This document shows, piece by piece, positions 49,296-61,905 of a stretch of 64,000 nucleotides of DNA. The position numbers and the translations under genes are program-made. How positions within the stretch are numbered: the first letter of the stretch is position 1; the number at the start of each line of letters is the position of its first letter. The notes under the pieces were generated by a model, which ran no database searches, had not been told where the DNA came from, and saw only the letters and a program-made list of their open reading frames with translations. This DNA is from Monocercomonoides exilis PA203. Taxonomy: Eukaryota > Protista > Preaxostyla. The DNA lies in NCBI GenBank assembly GCA_001643675.2, contig LSRY02000005.1, positions 62,001 to 126,000 on the forward strand, written 5' to 3'.

Positions 49296-52200
49296 ATGCT
49301 TCCGCTGCGACGGATACATGCAAAACATTTGAGTAGCGGATTTGGAGACAATCTCGTTTCCGCGCACTTTTCAAGTTCAACGCGAATGTATCGCCATATA
49401 ATTGATGATTATTGAATTTCACTGAATTATTGCTTTTTAAAAATAGGCTTTTTGCATTTATGAAGTCTGGATATCCAGTTTGTTTTTTTGTTTATTTGAA
49501 AAAGAAATTTTATTGTTTTGTCATTTTTTGGCTCAGCAATGGAAAGCCTTCACACGTAATACTTTCACTTTGATGTGCATTATCAATGGGTTCCAACTTT
49601 GCTTTTTGGGGTTCAAGCGAGTGGATATTTTTTCGATGGGATTTCCCGAAGTCATGAAGACATTGGGGTTTGCCCGCAGCAATATCTGAAAGAAATGATG
49701 ATAAATATGTGTTAACTTTATTTTCTGTGGAATTTTTTCCATCTTTTTTAGAAGATATCTCGATCCTTCGATCCGATTTTTGTCATCAACTGCGCTAATT
49801 ACCTTTTTCATAATATCTTCGATTTTGTGCATCATCCCTATTTTGCTAATGTTTGCATTATGTCTCACCTCAACAGCACAAAAAAGGATGAACCAGTTTT
49901 TGCGGAACACAGCATCATTTCTTCTGCTTTTAACAAGTCGAGTGCTGAGAATCCCCAACATCATATTCCTTCTTTCTCCGCTGATGTGCTTCATCAATTC
50001 TTCGATTGCTGACTCGTCCAGCATATCCATAAGCATCAAGTCGAACTTGTCATTCTGCGAAGGCGGCTCGGGGCTTGATCTTGGAATAACTGGTGCTGTG
50101 TTTGTGTTTGTGCTGAATGCGTTTTGGGTGCTTGTCTTCTACTTCCATTTCCAGCCCACTTTGTCTGAAAAAAGCGACTTCACTTTGCGGCGGACGGGGC
50201 TTCTGGCGTTTGTAGAGAGTGCCATTTCGGCTGTTGTGATGGCAGCCACACTGCTGCAGGTTCTGAGCCCTGTCTTCACATCGCTCGGGATCGGCCTGGC
50301 GTTCCTGCTGCTTGCGCTGCTTGTGGCACTGAATCAGCCCTTTTTCTCCATCCGGCCGAACACAATCTACTGCGCCATGCTGTCTGCCGCGTCGGGTGCT
50401 GGCTGGGCAAGTTTTGCGATCGGCTTCATTCAGAATCTGCTGGTGCAGCTGGGCGCAGTCTCTCTCCCTGAAACTAAAGCTCCTGAAATTGTAAGAAAAG
50501 AGCAGCTGAAATATGAGCCATCTTCAGTCAAATCAAATTTTCATTTTCCATCTACTTATTCTGATGCTTCTGTCACATTCTCTTCTTCCTCCTCTTCTTT
50601 CTCTTTGTCATCAAATCCTTCTTCGTCTTCTTCATCTTCTGTGTATTATTCGCTTTCTGCTCTTTCTTGGATCATTTGTGCCATTCTGCCTGTTCTCTTT
50701 GCCTTTTTGGGTGCTTTTCTATCAAAAGCAAATTCACACAGAAAATGGCTTCTGAAGCCTGTTTATGAACAAACAAAAGGAAAAACAACCAAAAAGGATA
50801 AAGAGGAGAAACAAAAGACGATAGAAAACGAAAATAAAGATTCTTTCTCAAAAATGACTAATTCCACTTCAACATCCTTTTTATTATCAGCCTCGTCATC
50901 GTCTTCTTCTTCTCCCTCGCCTTCTTCTTCTTCTTCTTCTTCTTCCTCGTCAACCTCATCCCCTTCCTCCATTTTATATTCAAACACTCAACCACCCAAT
51001 CCACAAACCACGTCACAAGAGCCTCCACATCCCTCTCAGCCCACACCTCATTCGCTTCTGCAGCAGCGTTTCTATCAGCAGCGCCAGCGTCTGCACAGCC
51101 TCTTCCACCCAACAAGCCACCGCTCCAGCCGCATCATCGGCTTTACTCTTGTTGTGGACGGGGTGAAGTCTGAATTCCGCCTCGACAGATTCCACCCGGA
51201 TGTGCTCAGAACACACACTGCGCTCAAAGCAAATGAGGGAAAAACAGGCGGAAAGGCAAAGAGGCACAAAAATGGAGCAAGCAGAGGGGCTGAAGTGGTG
51301 AAAATCAACACACTTCTTCCAAATCAGAACTTGTTTGGAACGCTGCCTTCGACTCCTCCTCAAACGCATTCATCTCCTTTTGCATCAACATCACCACCAT
51401 CATCTTCCTCTTCCTCTTCTGCAAATCTACTTCAACGCTCCGTTTCTCCTTCATTTCAGTCTGTTTCATCTCCAACCGCAACACCCAAACACCATCACTC
51501 ACGTCCCCATGTGCCTCCCCTCCAAATATCCCCCTCTTCTTCCAATTCTTCTTCTTCTTCCTCTGCCTCATCTCAACTGCCTGTCCAGCATCTCTCCTTG
51601 GTCGACCAGGAGAAGCTGGTCAAGCGGCTGGTGAAGAACTGGGAGAGTCCCGATGACATCGAGCCGTCGCTGCGCTTTTTGCAGTTTTCTGAGTTCGGTG
51701 AAGACCCGGATGTGCTCGGCCTGGTGCTCGCGCTGCTCGAAGAGGCGCTCAAAAAGCCAGTCGCCGTCGACTCTGCCGATGCGCGGGTGACTTTTGCGCT
51801 CTTTATGCAGCATCTGCTGGGCGTCACGAAGAAGCACAAGAAGCTCAGCACTGCCAAAAAGGCTGTTGTAGCCAGTGCGATTATGAACAGCAAGGGGAAG
51901 AACGTTCCATCACTTGCATCAAATCAGAAGGGATTGATGGCTTCTGCAAGTTCGCTGCTGCTTTCCTCTCAAATTACTCAAACAGCAACAGACAAAGAGA
52001 AGCCAAGTGAGAAGATGGCTGGAAAGATTCCAGTAGTACCCAATTATACACAGACAACGCTGCACAACTCAAAAGAACAATCTGCTTCATTCACTTCATC
52101 GCCCGCACACACATCGCTGTCTTCTCTTGCCACTCTTCATTCAGGTTCTTCTTTTGCTTCCTCTTCATTCACTTCTGACGGGATCATTCCACATTCAGCC

Positions 52201-55200
52201 ATTTATCCCAACTCCTATTTTGACACAGTGCTTTCCTCTGCCTCAGTCACAACGCGTCTCCATCTTCTGCTCCAGGAAGGCGTGCAGCTGTATCCCAGCC
52301 TCCTCAACAAGTGGATCATGGCGATGTTGGAGTTCCATCTGGACGAGTCAGGAGCGCTGAAGGAGCACAGGAAGAGGAAGATCAAAGGTGAAAGAGAGAA
52401 AAACAGCGGAGGAAAGGGCAGTGATGGCGGAGATAATCAGCAGGTGTATGAAGGATTGGTCTACACAGCGGCACACGCAGCAGAGCGGTCGTATGGAGTG
52501 ATGCAAGTGGTGGAAGAGGCACAGCGGGAGTATCTTTCTGCTGTGCTGCATTTGCGGGGGATGTGGGAAGAGTTGTGCCGACGGACGATCAACTGCAGCC
52601 GCGTGATGCACAGCTGCGAGGCAGCGCTGGAGGCAGCCAAGCGGAGCGAGAAGTTGTATTTAGAGGCGATGGAGAGGGCGCCGCTGAGTGTGAATGTGAT
52701 TGGCGGGTACGGCCGGCTGCTGATGGACGTGTGCAACGACGAGGAGTTCGGGGCAGAGCTGCTGCATTTGGGGGAGATTGTGGTGGAGGAGGAGAAGTTT
52801 GAGCAGCTCAGAATAGCAGAAGAGGAGAGGATGGCTGAAGACCAGCTGAGGCAGCGTCTGACGGAGATTGCGAAGGAGCGGTTTGACAGCTTCGCGAGTG
52901 TGGAGAGAGAGGCAGAGGAAGATGAAGAAAGAGGAAGAGAAGAAGAGAAGGAAGAACATGGTAGAGAAGAGGAGGATGAAGAAGGAGAAGATGACATACT
53001 GGATGAAATGAACGATGCATCACTGTTTAGCACGAAGCAGACATTTGATAGTGGGAAAAGTGATGGAGAACAGCAAAAGGAAAATGACATGAAACAAAAA
53101 AGCATTGGAATGCAGAACATTCGGAAGGAGAAAACAAGCAATGACAAACCTTCATCAAAGCTACCTTTTTCTCCTTCTTCATCAAAAAATGCAGAAAAAA
53201 CAGAGCATCCTATTTCTCCTTCACCAAAGGAGGACATCAAAAATGCTTCCCATTTGTTTCCATCTGCGCATGCTGATACTCACTCACTTTCACCTTTTCC
53301 TCCTCCTCCTCATCCTCCTTCCTCTTCTTCACCTTCACCCTCACCTTCTCCGCTGATGAAAACAGACACATTTTCAACTTACTCCTCGTCTTCTCAGCAG
53401 GACAGTCATCAGTCTCACTTGAGCAAACAGCCAAGCACCTTCAAGCTTGTTTCGTCGCGATATTCCACATCGGAGGCAGCTGTCGAAGGGATGACACACG
53501 ATGTCGCTGAGATCCTGAAGAAATATCCCTCTTCTCTCTCGAGCAGCTTTCAAAGCAGCAAGGAAAAGAGCAAAACGGACTCTTCCTCCGCACATAAGGA
53601 GAAAAGCAAGAATAATTCGCAGTTTGGTTACCTGGTGCCATCTCTGCTGTTGGTGGGGATTGTTGCTGGGCTGATTCTGGTGACTTCTTTTATTCTGAAC
53701 GAAGTGCTGATGAATGGAGTGAAGACGTTTCTGAAGGACATCAAGTTTTCCATCGCCATTTCCGAGTCAGCGAGCCAAATGGTGCGGTTTGTGCAGGACA
53801 CGTCGCTGGAGCTGAAGGTGCTCGAAGCAATTCTCAACCATACGACAACAGCAACAACGAAGAATCGAGAGAGAAAAGAAGAGGATTTACACACCGAATG
53901 GAAGGAGCATTACAACAAAGGAAGTGAACATTCAACTTTTTCGTCACCATCAACAGTCTCGTTCAAATTTGAACGAGACGAAAAAAGTATTTGTGAAACT
54001 TTAGATAAACACTCTTCTCAAACGTCTTCTCAAACATTTGATGCTCAGCATTTGGGGAGATATTCATTTCAATCAGACAAAAACAAACTTCAACGCATTT
54101 CATCCACACCACAAATTCAGAGCATTTCATCTCGACTCACAACTGACAATTCATTTCGCAACAATCTTATAACAACACTTCATTCGCATACACCTTTACA
54201 ATCGTATTTGCCTTTTTCTGAAATAACACAGCCACTTCAAAACAATTCACACATCTATGAAGAAGTACAATATCCTCATGCAAATTCCACACATTCACCA
54301 TCAAATTCACTTCATTCAATTTCTCTGCTGACTGATTCTCAATCACTCATCACACACACATTATCTATCCTCAATAAGATCATTCAGCTGCACACAAAAG
54401 CATTCATGACGAACTTCTCAATGCTATACGACTCATCGCCATACCTCTCCTTTTGGCACAGCAATTATTTTGCTCCCACTCTTCTGCTTCCTGTTCCTTC
54501 TGACTTGTCGCAGTTGTCGTCGTATGTTGCTCTAAAGACAGATTCTCTCAATGCGCTTTCGTGGGTGGCTGACTGCATTGCAGAGTTTGGATCACTTGCT
54601 GAAGAATTCGAAAAGCTTCTGTTGGATCAAGTTGACGAACCAGGAGGTGGTAATTCTTTTGGATTCAAAATGAACAAATTTGATCCGTCTTCATTCTCAG
54701 AATCTCATTATCCATCTTCTCTTTCCTCCAGCCAGTATTCAGATGATCCAATCACTCTTCTCTACTTCCTCCACGACACTTACATGACTTCTATTATGAA
54801 TGTCCCTATTTCGATTGCTGAATCTCTGAAGCAGCTGTCTGTTCTGTGCGTCTCCAGCTCCATCGTCCAGGCAGACCAGGCGCTGATTGCGTCTTCGGTG
54901 TGCTGCACAATCGGTGTGGTTGTCACGCTTGCGTTTATGATTGGACCTGTGCTCAAAGCACGTTCAGATGTCATCAAGCACAGAAAGTGCAGCCTGACAA
55001 CGCTGTGCGTGCTGGATGAGGACAGCATTGAACGGAAGATTGAAAGGCTTGATCCAACATTTGTGACGAAAGCAAAGAGAAACCAGATGCTGCTGGAGAA
55101 GGAAAGAGAAAGAGAGGAACTCAGAAAGAAACAATTGGAAGAAGAAAAGCAGAGAAGACTAAGGCTGAAAGAAGAGAAAGCAAAAGTCAGAGAAGCAAAG

Positions 55201-57657
55201 CCGATCCATCACACAGTCACGCAATACACCACAAGCTCTGGTTCTGTTTACTCAACTGCTTCTTCTTTATCTACTCCAACGCAATCTGCACCTGCGTTGG
55301 CTTCATATCCATTCATAGCAACTCCAACATCCAGCCTTCCGCAGTCCCAAATAATGATGTGCCCAATGGTGAGCCCTTCCATTTCTCCTTCTGCTTCCCT
55401 GGCTTATCCAATTAATACATATCAGCTGCAACCATATCGCAGTACGATAGCTGATTATCCAAAGGACTCGAAACAGCAGCAGTTGGCTCAAGATGGAAAA
55501 GTGGAAATGACGCAAAATCCAACATCACCACATTATCAATATGTTCCTTTTGCTTCATTACAAAATTATTCGCCTCAGGTGCCAGAAGGATTGTTCGATA
55601 AAGGTTTTTCAGAACGGACGGATAAAAAAGTTTTTACAAATGCTTCTGTATTTGACACGCAAACATCAATTGACAGTTCAAAATTTGTTCTCAAAAATCA
55701 ATCTTCATTCGATCCGCAGCCGACAGTATTTGTGGCATCTGAACTTCCAAAAGAAAGAAAGAATGCTGCTGAAGAGAAAACACATAAATATGATTCCACT
55801 AAATCTTCACTTAACAGAAAAGAAATTACAGGCAATAATAATAAAAGGAAAGAGGACGCTTCTTCTATAGAGGGTGATGAAGGAGATGAATCAAGCACAA
55901 TTACAAGCATCAAGAATGACAGTTCAAAATCTGCATCTCAGCGGCATTCTTCTCGGCATCATCACCATGCACGACGCAAAGTTATCGACAAACAATCTGA
56001 GGAAGAGCTGGAAATGCTGACCGAACTGGCAAAAGCAAACGAAGAGGATGCTCAAAAGCGAAAGGAGCAGCGTTCAACTGACGTTGAGGAACAGTTGCGT
56101 CATCTCACTCACATTGTGCCTGCAAGCTATCTCTCTCGAATGATTTGGGGAATGTGCTTGATGCTGTCGGTCATTGCTGTGTTCTTTGCACTGGTGATTG
56201 TTGAGAGTGTGCTTATCAGCGATGAGATGGGAAAGCTTGCGATGGAAGGACAACGAAGTGTGCTGACTTCACAAATAGCAGGATTTGCAGCAATGCTCGT
56301 GAGCAACTCGACGGTAGGGGAGGAGCATGCAGCTGTGTTTGAGTATGAGCGCTCAAATGGAAAAGAGTGGCAGGAAAGATTGAAGGAGATGAGCAAGCAC
56401 TCATCGAAACATCATTCAACGTCTTCTTCTCTTGAGGAGGCAACACAGGCATCTCTCCAGATTACTTCTCCTGTTCTCTTCAACACATCCTTTCTCTTGT
56501 CGCAGCAGAAGGTGGCTTCTGTGCTGAAAGGGCTGAACTCGCTGCTGATATCGCTCAACAGCATTTTGCTTGTGGGCTCGGATTCAGCTCCTCCGTCTGG
56601 CGATGATGCGATAGATTCGATGACAGCGTCGAGGTCGCAGGGGGTCAACCACGATGTGGAAACCTTGCTGAACAGCAAAGTGAAGTGCCTCATGCTGAAT
56701 GAAGCGCTGTGCAAAGAAGGTCGGATTGCAGGCATGACAGACGAGTTCTATGGGCTGAATGCTCTTCTTCTGCTTTTCATTGACAACGTGCAGACACTCA
56801 CAAACGCGAAGGACGAGGAGCTTGTTCCGACCAATCCGTCTTTTCAGTTCATCACGACAGCCTCAAAATTTGATCTTGGAGATGGGATTAAAATGGCAGA
56901 GCTCCTGCGGGAGAAGTACATCAAGGGAGTTGTGAATGTAATTCCTTCGCTTGTCATTGTGCTGTTCATCATATTTCTGATAGTGATGCTGATGGTGTTT
57001 GCGCTGTGCTTTTCTCCTCTTCCGCGAATACTCCGTGGCGTTCAAAGCAAAACGATGTATATTGAGCATCTTGCAACCTCTGCGGAGGAGGAGCAGATTG
57101 TGTGGAGCGAAGAGCTGGTGACGCAGGTGGGGCGGATGGACGAGGCACACCACGTGCTGGTCGACACGCTGGCAGCAATTGTGGCGCTGGTTGCGCAGCA
57201 CGCCCCGCTGGCAGAGGTGGCGCAGGCAGGGGACAAGCTGCTGGCAGTGGCGATGATCCACTTTGCAGACGAGGAGCAGATGATGGAGGCCACGCACTAT
57301 CCGGCGCAGGTGCAGAGCAGACACTGCCAGGCACACGTGGAGCTGCTGGGCTCGGCGCTGGCGTTTGTGGCAGGCATCGAGGCAGGCGAGGCGCCGCTGT
57401 CGGATGTTGTGGCGTTCTGCTCGATGTGGATCATGAGCCACATCCGCACAGCCGACCAGCAGCTGGCCATCTATCTGCTGCGCACCTTCGATGCCAAGCG
57501 CCTGGCGCAGCCTGTGCCCTTCGACCGCCTCGTGCTGCCGCCTTCCTGGAAGGCCCACATGCGCAGCGGGGCTCTTTCGCAGAAAGACAGAGAGCAGCTG
57601 CGGTGCACAGTGAAGAGGATCAAGGAGAAGGAAGAGAGGGGAGAGTCGATTTGCTAG
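49296..57657 (+). CDS. TmcB/TmcC-like multi-pass membrane protein with TPR-like domain and C-terminal hemerythrin domain
   Basis: ATG 49296 and three short 5' introns (donors GTATCG, GTTTGT, GTTTGC; the last is 49668-49751) splice in frame into the 2625-aa ORF. N-terminal TM bundle. TmcB-type helical repeat AQREYLSAVLHLRGMWEEL..LYLEAMERAPLSVNVIGGYGRLLMDVCND (~52510-52780). Four further TMs. Hemerythrin WSEEL..MDEAH..HFADEEQMM..YP..HCQAH..WIMSHIRTAD (57097-57480). Confidence 0.88.
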
Positions 57658-58174
57658 ACGGTTGCATTCATTTTTTCTCTTTTCCGTTCACTTTCAATTT
57701 CATTTTTCGATTTATTTGTGTTGTAATATTGCTTTAATGTTTGCGTTTTTCGTGAAGCTTTTTGTTAGATTTTTGGTTGTGTGTGTTTTCTGTTGTGGTT
57801 TTGAAGCATTCTCCATTATTATTGTGTTTTCCACTGCTTCACTTCTTCCTGCTCAATATTTTTTTCCCCCTATATTTTTGCATGTTTATTTAAAATGGGT
57901 AATTTTAAGTTGATGAATTGAAGCTGTCAGACGAAGCTTTCAAAACTTCTGTTTCAAGTTGAAAAAATGAAAATCTCTTTTTTTCCAATCTCTTTCCGAT
58001 TGAGCGACTTCAACGAATTTTTGCAAGTGCTTATCTGCTCGCATGCTTGAAGATAGACAAAAGTGCCTGATGGATAGGGTATTTGGAGTGGATGTTTTTT
58101 TTCTTGGCCCATAGGTTATTTTGTGCTGAGTGAATTTTTTTGAAAAAGCCCACTCTTAGCGCAGCAAGTCGCAG

Positions 58175-59065
58175 ATGGCAGACGAGGGCATGTGCGAAAT
58201 ATGCAAAAAGCAGGAGTGGAAGTACAAGTGCCCGGAGTGCGGGGTGCGGACATGCTGTGTGGAGTGTGTGAAGAAACACAAAGAACAGAGCGGGTGCACG
58301 GGGAAGAGGCAGCCGCAGCAGTTTGTGCGTCTGTCAGAGATGAACGTGCAAACGATGGTTTCGGACCTGCACTTCCTGGAGTCGATGGCGCTGGAGGTGG
58401 AGAGGGCGAAGCGAAAAGAAAAGGAAGCGAAAAGGCCTTCGTTTGTGCCTCCCGAGAACCTGGTAAGGAAGATGCAGCAGGCGCGCAAGGAAATAAAAAT
58501 TGGGGAACGTGGTGAAGAGGAGGTGCCGGCAATGCCACGGTTCGGGACAAAGCCGATTTTGTATGAAGCAATGATGAGCGAGCTGGAGGCTGTTGAAGCG
58601 TCGATGAGCGACAGCAGTGCAAAAAGGGAAGAGCCACAGCAATCATCGAAAGGTGCGCTGTTCCAGGCATTTATTGCGCAAGAAAAACGGGATGGGAAAG
58701 ACAAGAGCAAAGATGATGGAATGGAAGAAGTTCGACCGCAGAAGCAGCGACGCCTTGCAGAAAACAGCTCCGAGAAAGCTTCTGGGGAGCAAAATGGGGA
58801 GAAAGCGGTGCCTGTGCTTCAGCCAGCAGAGAGTGCCCCAGTGCTGCAGGGGATGGCTGGATATTATTCTCCTTTTTGCTATGCTCCCCAAGTTCCATTT
58901 CAGCCATTTTCTTTTGGAGCTTATTTGCCCCAAGGTTTCAGAATTCTATGATTTTCTTTTTTCATTTTTCGTGTTCACTTTTTCCATTCTTTTTTTGGAG
59001 CAGATTATTATGATTCATTTGCAGCCACGATGCACACACCTGCAATGCCACAGCCACCACAATGA
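58175..59065 (+). CDS. BCD1: zf-HIT protein, box C/D snoRNA assembly factor BCD1/ZNHIT6-like (N-terminal part clearly recognisable)
   Basis: CEICKKQEWKYKCPECGVRTCCVECVKKHKEQSGCTGKR..FVRLSEM..VSDLHFLE matches the BCD1-type HIT zinc finger and following helix. A probable intron at 58935-59003 leads to a stop at 59065. Confidence 0.72.
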
Positions 59066-59655
59066 GCATATTGCCTGGGAAAGTGTTTCTGGAGCTATTG
59101 ATGGACATCTGCAAAGCAACGCCTGCTTCAGCCGAATGCCAGAAGTTTGGGAGAAGGAATGGTTGGAAAAACGAGTTTTTGAGAGGGAAAGGATAAAGGG
59201 GAGATTGCCAGCCATGAAGAAGAACAAAATGGAATGCGACTGGCTCACCTCACAGCAAGAATTCGTGGTTACCTTTGAGATTGCGTTATTGTGCAGTTTA
59301 TTTATTTGTTTATTAATTGTTTTTTCCCTTCCCAATCCGTTTATCACTTTTTTGCCTGCCTCTTTTGAGAAATTGGCTGTTGAGTTTGTTTTTGGAAGCA
59401 CTTCACAAAGAGCACTTCTGCTTGGCTGCTTCTCAGCACTTCACAATCAGAGAGGCACGAATGGTTGAAGGTCTGGGACGGATGATGGATGCCTGGAAGA
59501 GGCAGGAGAGAATAATTATGAGCGGATCAGGACCATTTTTATATTTTTAATATAATTGTTTTGCGCTTTTCTTGCTTCACGGAGGAGTGAGGAGGCCAAA
59601 CAGCACAGAATCTTAGGGCAATTTAAATTCCAGAAAAATTGGGAAAGTTGTATAT

Positions 59656-61905
59656 TTGATTCAATTGGGATTATCAAACAAGAAGAATTTGTTTATGAAT
59701 TGCATTTTGTCAATGGAGATTGCTTTAGTCGGTCTCGACAAAACAGCAGACAAATGCACGCAAATTATAGAGGAAAGGCAAGTGGGCAGCGAAGACGAAG
59801 GAGCTTGGGAGGAATCAGAAGGATGGGACGAAGAGTTTGACAAACTGTTTTCGGAGGCATATGACGGAACGAGTCGCGAGATAGAAGACGGCGAAGCCGT
59901 GCAGTCACCTAGCACAGCATATGGAGTACATGGGTCAATTGATGAGGATGACTTGTTTTTGCCGATGACTGAAAAACTTACATCAAAAGAAAAAGTGAAT
60001 GTGGGGCATGCTGAGAGCAAGAAAGGGCAGCAGAAGGCGAACAGAAAAGAATCAGGTGCCAATGATGGGGAGAAAGGAAAAGGTTTTTTGGGAAGCGTTT
60101 TCGGACTTGGAGAAGCTGCCAAAGAAGATGAACCGAAATTGCATGCGGAACACATCAGCGCAGAAAGTGTTGCTCGTGCATCTGCAAGCGCTGATGAAAA
60201 ACTCCATCGAATGAGCAACGTGCAGCCCCCGAGAAAACGATTTCGGTTGGGCTTTTTGGGTGGAGGAATGAAGGAAGAAAAGGCAGAGCACATTGTCAAA
60301 GTGACTCAAGGGCTATCAGCTGAACAGACTGACAGATCTCTGCTGGCGAACACAAATGCATTGCATGATTCACCGAATCAGATGAAAATGTCGCATAGCG
60401 AAATCACTTCTCCATCTTCATCAGGCCTAAGGGAATCCTCTTCAGTGGTATCGTCGCTAATGCAAGAACCTTTATTATCTTCGAAGCAAAATACAGAAAT
60501 GAAGGCAGAGACTGCTTTGTCTTCAGGCGAAACATCTTTGGAAGCTGATATCAGCAGGATCGATTTGCCTTCTTCCGACTTTCCATATTCTTCGCTTCTT
60601 TCAGAGCAGATTGTGCTCAAGAGAGAAGGTGCATCAAGTCCGATTACAGTCTCTTTGGCAGACATTGCGATGATTGGGGGATGCGGGGAGAGCGAGATGG
60701 AGGATTTTGCTGAAGGAAAAGGAGATAGCTCAGAAGAAAGCGACAAAGCATACGACACTTTGAAGCGGGGGTCAGGGATTTACGAGTGGCACATTGATGA
60801 TGATGCTGAGGATAGAAAAGAAAGCAAACAGAAGATTAAAACAGGAATTAAAGAAGAAGAAGAAGACGAAAGAGGAGGAGGAAAAAGAAAAGAGCCAAGA
60901 ATTTACGAGGCTGAAAGGAGAGAGGAAGAGAGATGGGAAACAGGAATAGGCAAGAAAATTAGCATTGGGAGAGACGAGATATTTGAGATTGGAGATGCAT
61001 CTGAAGAAGAGGACCAAGATCTGTTTGAAGCGCAAAAGATGAAAAGAAGAGGAAGCACAGTAAACAAAAAAGAGGAAAAAGAGCACATATTTCAGAGAAG
61101 ATATATTGAAGGTTCTGAACAAGAAGATGATGATAATATTTTGAAGAAAAAGGATGGAGGAGAAGAAATAACGAAGGATGTTTTGAGTCAGGAAAAAGCA
61201 AGGGGAAAGGGAAAAGAGAATTTGCGTATAAAGGAAAAAAAGAGCTTGATATTTGATGACGATGATGATGATGAAGGTGATGAAGATGGCAAAGAAAAGA
61301 GACTAGCATTGGAAAAAGGATTTGAGAAAAGAGGACTTAGCGAGAAATCTGCTCGTATCATCTGTGTGGAGAAAAGAAAATCAGAGAGAAAAGGAGGAGG
61401 AAACGCAGATGAAGAATTAAATGATGAACCCAAAGGGGAAGAGAAGGAGCAGAGTGAATCTAGGCTTTGCAGAGACAGTTCAGATGCAAGCTCGATGGTG
61501 AGTTCGTTGAAGACAACCACAAAGCATGAACAAAGGCATCACAGGCGACATCATGATTGCTCTCATGGGTATTGTGACAATAGCTTCCTGAGAAGAGATA
61601 AAAACTCTTCACTGAGCAAATTGATTGAAGAATGGGATGCGCAACACACAATGAATAATGACCATTCTCATCACAGGCATCATCGACATGGACACAGGAG
61701 TCACCATATATCGCGTTCAGAGTCACTGAGGAGTGAGAGCGGAAAGGGGCAAGAAGCATATGATTATGGAGGGGCAGGCTTTTGCGAAGAGGAAGCGGGA
61801 AAGAGTTTGGGAATTGCGGTGAGCAGCGTGAAGGATGCAGAGCTGAGCAAGGCGGGACTTGGCAAGCAGGTGAAGTGGCTGTTGAAGGAAGCCAAAATCA
61901 AATGA
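59656..61905 (+). CDS. Hypothetical highly charged (Glu/Lys/Asp) protein with His-rich patches; probably has upstream exons (~59135-59530)
   Basis: 749-codon open frame with purine-rich coding bias. No domain recognised. Confidence 0.6.
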   Translation: MIQLGLSNKKNLFMNCILSMEIALVGLDKTADKCTQIIEERQVGSEDEGAWEESEGWDEEFDKLFSEAYDGTSREIEDGEAVQSPSTAYGVHGSIDEDDLFLPMTEKLTSKEKVNVGHAESKKGQQKANRKESGANDGEKGKGFLGSVFGLGEAAKEDEPKLHAEHISAESVARASASADEKLHRMSNVQPPRKRFRLGFLGGGMKEEKAEHIVKVTQGLSAEQTDRSLLANTNALHDSPNQMKMSHSEITSPSSSGLRESSSVVSSLMQEPLLSSKQNTEMKAETALSSGETSLEADISRIDLPSSDFPYSSLLSEQIVLKREGASSPITVSLADIAMIGGCGESEMEDFAEGKGDSSEESDKAYDTLKRGSGIYEWHIDDDAEDRKESKQKIKTGIKEEEEDERGGGKRKEPRIYEAERREEERWETGIGKKISIGRDEIFEIGDASEEEDQDLFEAQKMKRRGSTVNKKEEKEHIFQRRYIEGSEQEDDDNILKKKDGGEEITKDVLSQEKARGKGKENLRIKEKKSLIFDDDDDDEGDEDGKEKRLALEKGFEKRGLSEKSARIICVEKRKSERKGGGNADEELNDEPKGEEKEQSESRLCRDSSDASSMVSSLKTTTKHEQRHHRRHHDCSHGYCDNSFLRRDKNSSLSKLIEEWDAQHTMNNDHSHHRHHRHGHRSHHISRSESLRSESGKGQEAYDYGGAGFCEEEAGKSLGIAVSSVKDAELSKAGLGKQVKWLLKEAKIK

